Origin: Cyanophora paradoxa CCMP329 | Lineage: Eukaryota; Plantae; Glaucophyta | Assembly: GCA_004431415.1 (NCBI GenBank) | Contig: QPMI01000227.1 | Location: 92,645-156,644, forward strand | Length of the DNA stretch: 64,000 nucleotides | Direction: 5' to 3' | Shown: in pieces, positions 1-10,942 of the stretch | How the letters are laid out: the number at the start of each line of letters is the position of its first letter | Position numbering within the stretch: position 1 is the stretch's first letter | Translations under genes and position numbers: made by a program | Notes under the pieces: model-generated | Database searches by the model: none | Told to the model about the DNA's origin: nothing | What the model saw: the letters and a program-made list of their open reading frames with translations, nothing else

Positions 1-1386
1 AATTGCACCAAACGATAATCACTTACAGCACGACTTCTTTCTCGTCCACGGATATCCCGCCAACAAGCATATGGATTCCAAAACGATACTCGCCTTCGAC
101 CCTGCAAAACCTTTGGTCGACGAACGAGGTATGCAGCATTGTGCGCACGCTGAGCAAATTTGAAGAACCGGCGTAGTAACTGCAGAGAGAGATATTTGGC
201 TGGGGCCCGAGATCTGGCGCCACTCGTAGTTGACGGGCAGCCCAAATTTCCCGATCTCGGCCAGCGAGGACGAAGGGGTCGCCCGAATCTCGTAATGCTC
301 CCCAAGCGGAAGGTCTCGGACTTGTTTCTCTGCAACAGACAACGCGCCAGACACAACCAAGACTTTTACCATCTTGGAGACAGCTGCCTGGGTCTTGTCC
401 TTGCACTCGAAGTGAATGCGGTAAACTGGTGGCGGTCAGCGTCCTTACTGCAGTAATGTCTGGCATGGAGCAGGTACTGAGCACTTACTTCCAGGGAGGG
501 CGAAGGTGGCAGTCAGCGTCGAAGTGTCTGACCCCGCCAAAACTACGCCGTTTTCGGGGCCCTCAGCAACCATCCACAAGTACCTGAGCTTAGATTAGCT
601 TCCCTTCCATGCAGCCAACTGTTCGTTCCCTACCACTTTGAACCTCCTACCACTCACCGAGAGATGAACCCATCGGCATCGGGATCTTTGCACGATCCTG
701 AAATCTGCACCTGCCCTTCCGGGAGTTTTACGACGAGGTGATCGGGTACTGAGAGCTCCACGATGGGTGGTGCCCCGGAAGCTGCTACAATGACATGCAC
801 TTCGGCAGAGGCTGATTCGCCGCTGCTGCTTGTTGCTGTGAATCTGAAGACGTACTCCCCAGCGATGCTGCCCGGCTTAAGCTTTGATTTGGATTCGGAC
901 CTTATTGATTTCGCTGGAGCGGGAGGTTTGGAAATCGCTTACGGTTGGAAGATCTTCAATATGTATTCAACGCCTGTCGAGGCTGGCGTTTCCGCCTGGA
1001 CGTAGCCTGTCGGCGACGAAATTTGATCCCATCTCCCGCTGGTGATCTGACCTGCGCGTGTGGAGCGTCAGCCTCGCAGCTGCGGCACGCCGCCGTGAAG
1101 GGAGCCCGTCAGGCGGGCTGGCGCTGCATCTCTCTGCACGTCTAGCATCTACCATAGCACGCGAGTGCATGCATGCATCTAGACTCAAAGATAGTGCGTT
1201 CGAAACGGTAGTACCGTCGCCGTCGTCCGCGGCCGTCGCCTTGAGCTCGAAGGTCTTCGCAACCGGGAAGTGAAGGGGCCCCTTCTCCACATAGATGACA
1301 GGCCGCGCGTAGGCTGCTCGGCGTTTAGCTAGGTTTTCGGGCATCGGAACCGAGAGCGCGCGTACCGCCGACGGCGAGAACCGCAA
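1..1386 (-). CDS. PKD/K319L-like Ig-fold repeat protein (multi-exon; 5' end uncertain, runs off the left edge)
   Basis: Minus-strand segments 'FELKATAADDGDGT', 'IAGEYVFRFTATSSSGESASAEVHVIV' and 'VNYEWRQISGPSQISLS' resemble PKD/KIAA0319-type repeats. Confidence 0.6.
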
Positions 1387-1501
1387 GCACAGCTAGCGCT
1401 AGCGGGAAAGCGCTAGCGAGCGCCGCCCGCATTGCACGTGCGGCAAAGCCACGGCCGAGGGCGGCACAGCAGAGTTAACTGCAGCCAGCGGGTACGTCGA
1501 T

Positions 1502-2026
1502 TTGGGAGAGCGTTCGTCTGCCCAACGCGGAGGCAAGCGCAAGCGGTCCAGCTCTGTGGGGCGTCGCGTTAAGCGCGGTGTTACTGGCCGTCGCACGCGG
1601 TTGTCTCGGTCTATGGTCGTCCCTCGCAACATCTATCGTTTCGCCAGGTACGGGTTCTCGAACGACGTCTCGTTCGCCCTCAACGCCGACGGAAACCATT
1701 TCGGATCCATTACGGCGTACGGTCTCGGCACGGTCGGTGCCATAGGTAGCGCGAGCCCGGTGATGCCGGCGGTTGCGGAGTTCGCCAACCTCTTCGATTC
1801 ATACAAGCTGAACCGCGTCACCATCGAGATCATCAGTCCGTATGATGGTAATCTCGGACCGCAAAACAATTCGACTAGCGCTACGGCTAGCGGTGCATGG
1901 GCCCCGACCCCGAAGATCTACTGGTATTACGACATCGACGACAACACCGCGCCGGCCGATAGTCTAGATCTCCACGAGCGCATTGATAACACAGGCATGC
2001 TAGCTGCGGACATCGCAGAAGCTTGA
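1502..2026 (+). pseudogene. Endogenous CRESS-DNA (circo-like) virus capsid fragment
   Basis: Arg-rich N-arm (KRKRSSSVGRRVKRGVTGRRTRLSR), then NIYRFAR, EFANLFDSYKLNRVTIEI and PKIYWYYDIDDNTAP, typical of ssDNA jelly-roll capsids. No ATG start; C-terminally truncated. Confidence 0.7.
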
Positions 2027-2099
2027 GCTGGGTCTGTGCTACCTACGGGGGCGACAAGCCTGCGGGCAACGCAGGCAGGGCCCGCTGAAGGGGGGTACG

Positions 2100-4146
2100 C
2101 GGTCCCCCTATCCTGCCCAAACTACGACGCGGCCTGCGCCGCAGCTATCCCGTTGCCCTCCCAGATGTACTTGCGATCCGGCCCGCGGCCCGTGCGATCG
2201 ACTTCATTCCCGTGCCTGTGCATGCGCTTAGCCTTGTTAAGAACGCTTGCAAGTTGTCCTCCATGCCTGCACTCGTCCGGTTCCTCATGAACTCGGTGCA
2301 GCTTTCCGACCTTACACTCCGCCCGCTGCCACCGTCGTCTTCCCGTACGTTTGCGTTCTACTCTGACCGCGAGAACATCAACGATCGTTCAAAAGAAGAG
2401 CTGCGCCTTTCTAAATCGGTTGCGCACAAGCTGCCTGCTGCCCCGTCGCGTTTCACGGTTCACGGCGTGTACAAGTACCTCGCCTCCCACGCTTTCATGG
2501 CACCGACGACCGCTGAGGCTAAGTGGCGTGCTGATCTCTCTTCTAAGTTCTTCTGGCCGCCAGGCTACGATGCTCGTGTCGATCGCTTCCCCTGGTTCAA
2601 TACGGTTATTCCCGACCTGCGCTACGCTCTCACGCAGCGCGTCCTTGACGGCTACTTTGCTCTGCGCTACAACGCCCTCCGCACATCGTCCCGCATCGCT
2701 GCTATGGCTGCGCGTGATCTTCAGCGTCCCGCTTCGGCGAATTTGCTTGACAGTGAGCTTCTCTCTTCGCTATGTCCGGTCTGCCACCGGCACTGCAACG
2801 CGCTGCACGTCTTTGCTCTTTGCCCCGTAGTGCAGCAGTTCTGGTCGCTTCTCTTCCATGCCCTGCGGCTCCAGCCGATGCCCATCCCTTCTGCACGCTT
2901 TGTTGCCTGGCTGCTCACTGGCTCGGTCCGTTTCTCTGATACTTGGATGTTTCTCCAGAACTGGGAGTGGCAGGTTGTTCGGATTCTTGGTCTGCACGTC
3001 ATTTTCCGCTCGTATTCTCTAGCCTATCGTACAGGTCGATCTGAAGCTGCTGCTACGTTTGCGATGGACCCTGACATACAGCTGCCCCTTACACCTTCCT
3101 CCAAAACCGGTTTGAAGACGGCCACTCTGATGTCTGCCTTGTTTCGCGAGCTCGATGATTTCATGGACATGCTTCCTCGTCGTTTACCTCGATTCAAAGT
3201 CACTTATGTCCGTGGGGATTTCCGTTTCATTTCTACGGTTGATCCATCTCACTCCTCATTTTGCGCTAATCTCTTGGACGCTGCTCGTGCTTATGACCAT
3301 TCCCTAGCCTCTTATGAGCATTGCGAACATATCGCTCAGCCTGCTCCTAGCCCCGATCTGGCCCCTAGCCCCCTTGTTGCTCAGTTTGCCTATGCCAGTG
3401 TGCGGCCTGTCCTGCTGCAACGCCTTGAAAAGGAAGATCTTGCAGGGTATATGTCCCCCCCTGATGATGGTTCGGACCCCTCTGACCTTTCAGACCTGGG
3501 CCCTGATGCTCCTGATGACTCTTCCACTAGCACCTCTTCGGACGACGACGACCCTCCTGGGGCACCAGATCCTGCTCCTGCTCCTGACCCTATGCTTCCT
3601 CCGTCTCCTTCGCCCCCTCACACTCCCCCTCACCCTCCGCCGGATTTTGACACTGAAGACGAACGGCCTCTTCGTCGTCGCCGTGTCGATGATTTGGGAC
3701 CCCCTGTGCCAGCGTCTGACGTTGTCGATGACACGGTTGATGATACCAGTTCGCCTCCACTCTCTCCTCAAGTGATTATTGACCTCTTTGATCCCGAACA
3801 CGACGCTGAATTACCTCTGTCTTCTCCTGTAGTTGCTGCTGACATCACTGATGATGCTCACGATGTTGGGAGCCATTCGTCATCTCTTCCTTCTCCCTCT
3901 GTTCCTATGGACACTGACCTTGATTTGCCCCCTGGTTTCACCCTGAAGCGCCGTCGACCCTCTTCCCCTGCTCTTCCTTGCTTCTCTGATGGTTTCACGG
4001 ACGGATCCAGTGACCCATCTTTTCCTCCTTCCGTTAAACGTTTGCATCTTTCCTCTCCTGCTGACCTTTCAGTTCTCAGTGACGATTCTGGTTCTCCTGT
4101 TGTGCTCATTGACTGTGTTGATGATGCTGATGACATGGTTCTTTAA
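2100..4146 (+). mobile_element. 5'-truncated LINE (L1/Tx1-like) ORF2 C-terminal part
   Basis: zf-RVT-type motif LCPVCHRHCNALHVFALCPVVQQFW; strongly CT-rich coding strand; long Pro/Asp/Ser tail; no RT core in view. Confidence 0.7.
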
Positions 4147-4230
4147 TCTTTCTCTCTCTATCACTACAATTCGGGCTTACAAATGTGAACGGGATCGGGA
4201 ATACCCCAGGCCGGCATTAGGAAGAGGCCC

Positions 4231-4446
4231 GCATTGGGATTTCGCCGATTGCTTACCAGGTTTGCGTGTATGAGCGCCGGACCGCCGGGGCATACATGGT
4301 GAACTGTATAGGCGCATGTCTGCGCCGCCACTACCCTTGTCTGGTTGGTTCACTGTCGATTGTGCCTTGGGCCTTCAGGTCCTTCGCCTTTCGTCACAAC
4401 CGTACAGCTGGCTTGGGCGTGTCTTATACATACTCTTCTTCTTCTT
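4231..4446 (+). mobile_element. Short retroposed element family D (SINE-like or LINE 3' end) with (CTT)n tail
   Basis: Near-identical to copies at 36349-36544 and 54153-54372; ends GTGTCTTATACATACT(CTT)n. Confidence 0.8.
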
Positions 4447-4669
4447 TGGGGGGCGGGGGCGGCCCGCAGCGGGCCGGAGCCGGCCAGCAGAAGGGGCTTG
4501 AGGCGGAGCCCCGCGTCCACGCCCGAGAGGAACCGCAGGAGGATGTTCCTGCGATTACAGACGGTCAGGTTGCGACTTGTTCCCGCAGGCTCATCTCTCG
4601 ACTTGACACAGATGGACACTGCAGTCATATCCCTAGCCATTTGTCTCGGTGTGTGCGAATTTTTGTAAG

Positions 4670-4885
4670 GTCAGGTTGCGATTACGAGACATCGATCGCG
4701 ATTAGATTTCAATGGGTTAAGATTAGGATATAAACTTAATGTTTACTGGGGTGACCTCGAGCGGAGGGTTGCGATTACGATTCTACTGGTTCAGATATAG
4801 CGGAGGTTGCGATTACGATCGCGATTTAAGGAGGTTGCGATTACGATTTCAGGAGCGGAGGTTGCGATTACGATTCTAGCGGAGG
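4670..4885. repeat. Cluster of GGTTGCGATTACGA(TT) motifs
   Basis: About 5 copies with variable spacing; related TGCGATTACGAT copies at 49010-49065. Confidence 0.7.
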
Positions 4886-5794
4886 TCGCGCCCCTCCCGG
4901 CCGGCGCCAGCGCCGCGGTCCGGAAGAATCCGAGCCATCCGACCTCCGAAAGTATGATCGTCCTAGCTTTGTATGCGCAAGAAGAAGAAGAAGAAGAATT
5001 CGAAGAAGAAACCCTTTAAATTTGTACCCCTCTATAGCTACACCCTTTCACTGGCTTTCAGCCTTCACGCTTCAACTGCGTTCAGCGTAGACAGGGCCGC
5101 GTATTTCGCTGTCGCCCACTACGTAGTGAAAATTAACTGCGGGGAAAAAAGTGTGATGCCATGATGATGCAAGTGCCGCCTCGGTGCCGCCTCAATTCCT
5201 CCGAGCTCGTAGTGTCTTGATACTTTGCGTACCCGTCCTCTACTGGCATCCCATTGGCTGTTTCACTAGATTTCCTAAGAACGTAGCTTACGATGACGTA
5301 GCTCGAGCTAGCTAGCTGTGTACTACGCCAGCCTGGGCTATAGCTACGCATAGGAAGGTGGGGCCCTCGCCGTTGCCGGCCCAGCGCGAGCCGTTGCCCC
5401 CCCGGGGCCGAGCCTCGGAGGCCCGTAAGGGGAGTAATCGCAGATCATCGGATCTCTAAACCCTAAGGACTCTTTAAAAGTCGTAGCTTTAAATTTGTGT
5501 ATAGCCAGGAAGAAGAAGAAGAGCTCTGTACCCCTCTGCACCTGCCTTGCAGTGCCTTCAGACTTCAGCCTTCAGGCATCAGGTTCGCTGCTGGTGCACA
5601 TCGCCAACTAGCCGCTCTCTTAGAGCTGCGTACGAAGCAGAAGCCCTTAGCACACGCACGCGACCCCGCGATCATCGCTGCGTTCAGCGGGGGCTCAGTC
5701 TCGATCAGCGTTCAGTCTCGCAGTGCAGTTCTTGATTAATCACTAGTAATAGTCAGCTCAGTCGCGCAGCACCGGGTAGAACCCGCATAGCAGC

Positions 5795-6852
5795 ATGCCG
5801 CAGAACGAGTACATAGAGCTCTTTCGGAAGAGGCATGGCTACAGACTGGACTACTTCGAGAGGCTGTGCGTGCATGCCGCGCAGAGCGTATGCGTTCGAA
5901 GGCCGATCGTGAAAAGCGCAGACGCAAGAAGGAAGCCCGCGCGCCGCACAAGCTCTCGGAGCATGTGCGCAAGATCCACGGATTGAAGGCGAAGCTCTTC
6001 GCGAAGAAGCGCTACGCGGAGAAGGTCCTCATGAAGCGCACGTATGCACACGAGCCCCTCTGGCGCGCATCGCGCAGCTCACACGCAACGCAGAATCCAA
6101 GCCCATCAGGAACGCACAAACAAGCACGCAAACAAGGATGCCGTGCCCGCCGGCGCCGTTCCCGCGTACCTGCTTGATCGTGAGGGCGTGTCTCGGGCGA
6201 AGGTCTGTCGACCCGCTCAGCGCGGATGTGAAGCCTCTGGGTCAAACGTGGTTATGTGCGCAGGTTCTTAGCAACACTATCAAGCAAAAGCGCAAGGAGA
6301 AGGCCGGGAAGTGGCAGGTCCCGCTTCCAAAAGTCCGCCCCATGGCCGAGGCAGAGGTTTTCAAGGTCATGCGCACTGGAAAGCGGAAGAGTGATCACCA
6401 ACGCCGCCCGTCTGCAAAAAACTGCTCTCATTTATTGTGCAGATAAAATGTGGAAGCGTATGATTACCAAGGTCACATTCGTGGGACAGGGGTTCACCCG
6501 CAAGCCTCCCAAGTACGAACGGTTCATCAGGCCTATGGGCCTCCGCTTCAGTAAAGCGCACGTAACACACCCGGAGCTACAATGCACGTTTCACCTGGAC
6601 ATCCTTGGTGTTAAAAAGAACCCCTCATCTGCCCTCTACACGACTCTTGGTGTCATCACAAAGGGAACCGTCATTGAGGTGCTCTGCCTGTAGTTATGTT
6701 CAAATTCGCCCCTGTAAATCTCTACGCGGCAGGTGAACGTCAGTGACCTGGGGCTCGTTACTCCTGGTGGCAAGGTTGTCTGGGGCAAATACGCACAGGT
6801 GACCAATAATCCCGAGAATGATGGCTGCATCAATGCCGTCCTCTTGGTGTAG
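5795..6852 (+). CDS. NSA2: Ribosome biogenesis protein NSA2 (6 exons)
   Basis: [22 protein letters not shown]...[11 protein letters not shown]...[16 protein letters not shown]...[17 protein letters not shown]; five short GT-AG introns. Confidence 0.97.
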
Positions 6853-7111
6853 AGACGGTTGCATCATTGCTGTCCTGTTGGCTTTTCACTGATCAAAATC
6901 CACCCCAGCCGCCAAAAGTGCGAAGCAACTGATTAAACTTTTCTACCGCCCCGCCAACTTTTCTAAAGCTAGCCTCAGCATTTGGACACGTACTATAAAA
7001 CTGCAATTCGAATTCCGGGCTAGAAGTGCAGGGTGTACACTGGCCAGCTGGGCCCTGCGTAACCCCCTATAGTTAAGGGCACTCTATTAAGCAATTGCAA
7101 TAGCGGCCTCG

Positions 7112-7255
7112 CCTCAGATGCGCATTTGGACACATACTGAAAACGCAGGTCCGGGCTACAAGTGTGGGATGTACACTGCGGCCGCCGCGGCCGCGGGCCC
7201 AGCCCACCAGCGAACTGGCCGGCCGGACCCTGCGTGGCCCCCTAAGGAGAGTAAC
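7112..7255 (+). repeat. Dispersed repeat E
   Basis: Inverted copy at 13523-13683; partial copy at 9679-9733. Confidence 0.75.
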
Positions 7256-7465
7256 GTGGCCCCCATTTCACAGTATCAGCTTTGGAATTCATCCCCGATG
7301 GAAAAAAATGCTTGACGCGGTTAAGAAAAAAAGGATTCCTGGGCAAATGGGACGGCAAACTGTATGTACAACTTGTTTTTTTCTCTACGTTAGCCCTGCA
7401 TCCCTGATGGCGAAGCGGATCAAAAAAGACAAACACCAGAAGGGTATAGGGATGGGGTGTGGACT

Positions 7466-8340
7466 TCAATTGAGAAGCTTACCAACAGCCTGAGGCATGG
7501 TGGGCATTGTGGTGGCAGCCTTTGCCTCGGCACTGTTGGGATCGAGTGGCCGGCGGAAAAGAAGGATATGCGGCTCGGGCCTGTGAATCGCATCTAGTGA
7601 ATGCGTAGAAATCACAAGTCAGCAAAGGGGCATGTATCAAAGAAAAAGAAACAAATTGCGCCGCACAATGAATCCCTGTTAAGACCGAACGCGAGCGCGA
7701 GTTAGTGCACGGATCTGAAAAAACAGAAGAGGAGGTCGCGCACAGCCACGGCTCTGCTGAACACCAAGACTACGCCATTCTGCCTCCGTCAAAAGCCGCC
7801 CCTTGTAGGTCTGCTGGTAGATCTTCGCGATGTCTGCGAGGCGGTTGGCGCCGAATGCCACGAGCTAAGAGCATCGCACCCTGGGGCAGGATGACATGGC
7901 TGTGCGTCCGGGCGCAAATGCGCAGCGTCAACTTCTCGCACTTGGGCAGCAGGAACGGCAAGCGGTATGCCAAGCGCTCACCGATACTGTGCCACGCGAT
8001 GCAGAGCCGGCCAAGCGGTCAGATACTGCGGATTATCTTACTAAACAAACACACCTCGAACACATCGTCTGCAACAACACGGTCAGCGCATGCAGGGACC
8101 GCGGCATTCTGAAGGCGGACCGAAGTACTTCTCGGAGTAAGATATCTGCGCAATAGAAAGATAGAGAGTTTACTCGTCTAGCAGAGCCTTCGTTCAAAGG
8201 GGGGGGGGGCCCGGGGAGAGTGCTCTGGATGGGGCTTGTTTGAAGTGCGGAACGTTCTAGCTGAGAGCCCACACACGCAGCGGGCGAGCCGAAACTGTTG
8301 AGCGCTCGGGAGGGCGCATGCGGACCGTGTTCTGCGGCAT
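7466..8340 (-). CDS. CKS1: Cyclin-dependent kinase regulatory subunit CKS1 (microexon-rich)
   Basis: Spliced product MPQNT|ISYSEKYFD|DVFE|YR|HVILPQD|IAKIYQQTYKGRLLTEAEWRSLGVQQSRGW|IHY|AIHRPEPHILLFRRP; all introns GT-AG; 3' end uncertain. Confidence 0.92.
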
Positions 8341-8731
8341 GGTGCCCGCTGGCCGGTGTCAGCGCTGTGTTTTGCCTGAACCGCACCCAAGCAGCTCGTC
8401 CTGCGCCTGCGCTGCACAAGCCCGAAGGTGAACGATGAGCCCCACGGGCCCCTAAAGCAGCCGGGGATTGATCGGTGCGCGTACACTTTTCGGGGGGAGG
8501 GGTATCGGCTCAACCCGCAGGGTACATGATCTTGAAAGCGGTCTTCCTCGGGCGCGCGCGCCCGTCGCGATGTGCTTAAGCTTTGCGCGCTAATGTATGC
8601 ATTGCTTAAGTCACGCACGATCCGCGTGGAGCGCAGTCTCGCGAGCCAGCGCTTGCCGCGCGCAGTGCGATTTCGAAGGAGGCCCGGCCGCGGGCCGGGC
8701 CGGTACATACGATAGCGCTCGAAATGCATGT

Positions 8732-8825
8732 AATCTTGGTCCTATGAGCATGATGTCGTTCCGCTGTGCGAGAAAGAATGCGAACGCGCACCGCTGAACG
8801 ACATCATGCTCATAGGAACAAGATT
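8732..8825. repeat. ~94 bp near-perfect inverted repeat (hairpin)
   Basis: AATCTTGGTCCTATGAGCATGATGTCGTTC...GAACGACATCATGCTCATAGGAACAAGATT. Confidence 0.85.
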
Positions 8826-8999
8826 CAGCTATAGCTATAGAAAGCGACACTTAGCTATAGAAAGGTGCGTCCATCGCTGTTGTTGTTGCCGCCTGGCCGT
8901 TCCCCCCAACACCCGGAAGGGCCGTTCCCCCGAGGCCCGGAAGTGAAGTAACGCTCCACCCCTGCAAGGCCAAAGCCGCTCAGTTTAAATCGCGAGGGG

Positions 9000-9675
9000 A
9001 TGCTAGCGCTCAGGGCGGCGGCGTTGGGAATCCGTCGCGCAGCTACAGCTAGCGCAGCAAGGTTTCAGGTCCTGCCAAGCCAGCATGACGGAGACTGCAC
9101 GGCGCGCTGGAACGCATGTGTAATGCCGCGCCGGCGCTACGGTGCGGACCCCAGCTCCTACGTTCAGCAGAAATGCTCAATTAGCGCTTCGCCCCTCCGT
9201 TGCGGACTTCTCTCGCGCGCTAACCCGCCCGCGCCGCAGCGAGCAGCGGCGGCGCGGGTTGGCCTTCAGATCGCATACATATCCGCGGTATGCTGTGCTA
9301 CGGCAGGCACGGCGTGTTCGTCGAGGAACAGCGGCTGGGCCAGAAGTTCCTCGTGGACGTGGAACTGGCTGTTGATCTCGAGCGCGCTGGATCAACCGAC
9401 GACCTCAGCCTGACGGTAGACTACTCGCGCGTGTGCGAGCAAGTCAGGAGCGTCCTTGAAGGGCCCCCGCGACAATTAATCGGCATGTCGTCGTTTCTAC
9501 TGCGAACCCCGTGCGATCTGACTGATCGCCAGAAACCGTGGCGACCGAGATCGCTGATTCGGTGCTTCGGGAGCACAAGCTGGTTCAGGGCGTGCGTGTC
9601 GCTATCCAGAAACCACACGTTGCTGTTCCTCATGTTCTGGAGAGCCTGGGGGTGGAAATCACACGCTCTCGCTAA
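9000..9675 (+). CDS. folB: Dihydroneopterin aldolase with probable organellar transit peptide
   Basis: DRIHIRGMLCYGRHGVFVEEQRLGQKFLVDVEL...TDDLSLTVDYS...QLI|ETVA...VAIQKPHVAVP...GVEITRSR; GC-AG intron at 9483-9532. Confidence 0.92.
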
Positions 9676-9789
9676 TCACCGCGGGCCCAGCCCACCAGCG
9701 TACTGGCCGGGCGCCAGACGGGCCCTGCGTGGCACACTACAGAGAGCAACGCGCCTCCCCATGGACGGGCTTTTAAGTTGACTAATCCA

Positions 9790-10400
9790 TCGGGCTTTTG
9801 AGTTGGATCTGAGGGCGCCCGGCTTAAGCTTTTGATTTGGAATTGGACCTTTGACCGCGACTTTGATTTGGATCTGATGATCTGACGGCTGCAGCTGGCA
9901 GACGGTCGGACTCTGATCATGAGAGCTGAGGCCGAGAGCTGATCATGAGGGTGGCACGGCTCGCGCTTAAGCTTTCAAGTTTGATTTGGATTTGGACCGT
10001 CAGACCCTTGATCTCGACTTCGATTTGGATCTGAGCCTCGGAGGCTGGCAGACTCTGAGAGCTCAGCGGCTGAGGCCGGGGCGGCCGCGGGGGCTTTGAG
10101 TTGGATCTGAGGGCGCCTGGCTCTGAGGCTGGCAGAGCTGCAGCTGGGGCGGGGCTTTGCTACAGACTCTGAGATGCGGCATCGGGTCCCGGAGTCCAGG
10201 GGCAGCGGGGCCGTCTCATGGCAGTGGGGGGAAGCCTGCACCTGACGAGCTCAGAGAGACGATTTGAGGTCGGATGCCTCGGCGAGGTTGAGTTGGATTT
10301 GGGCCATTGGTTGCGACCGTTGGACTTTGACTTGGATCTGAGGACTCTACAGCTGCAGACTCTGAGGTGAAGCTTTAAAAATTTACTATAGCTATAGCTA
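9790..10400. repeat. Degenerate short-motif repeats (TTTGAGTTGGATCTGAG, GCAGACTCTGAG)
   Basis: Motifs recur several times; probably a decayed non-autonomous element. Confidence 0.5.
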
Positions 10401-10663
10401 TAGCTACAGCTGCAGTTGCGGCATCGTGTCCAGCCTGGCAGGTGCCACGGTGTGGTGGCCACATGGGCCCGGGGGCGTTTCATGGCTATGAGGGCGTTGC
10501 ATTAGCACATCAGTACAACAATGAAGTTGTAACGTCGCCGTCGGACCATATATATACCCTTATGATCAATGAAAACTAAATCCAGGCCTAGGAAGAGAAT
10601 ATGCATATGAGGACACTCGTGTGCTGCATATGCATGCATGTGCTGTGCCTATATATAGCTAAT

Positions 10664-10942
10664 TAGCCCTGCCAATTTCGGAAATCCGGGTCGGCGAACG
10701 AAATTCCTGTTCTCTCTCTATAATGTCCGTACCCCGTGTTCATCGTGGATCAATTCTCGCACACACCTCGACAGTGACGTCACGCAATTTTCCATCGAGT
10801 TCTAGCCCTGCCAATTTCGGAAATCCGGGTCGGCGAACGAAATTCCTGTTCTCTCTCTATAATGTCCGTACCCCGTGTTCATCGTGGATCAATTCTCGCA
10901 CACACCTCGACAGTGACGTCACGCAATTTTCCATCGAGTTCT
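10664..10942. repeat. 139 bp tandem duplication
   Basis: Two essentially identical units starting TAGCCCTGCCAATTTCGGAAATCC. Confidence 0.95.

Noticed and set aside
4670-4885. CRISPR-like array
   Set aside because: Eukaryotic context, short motif with irregular spacing, no cas genes.
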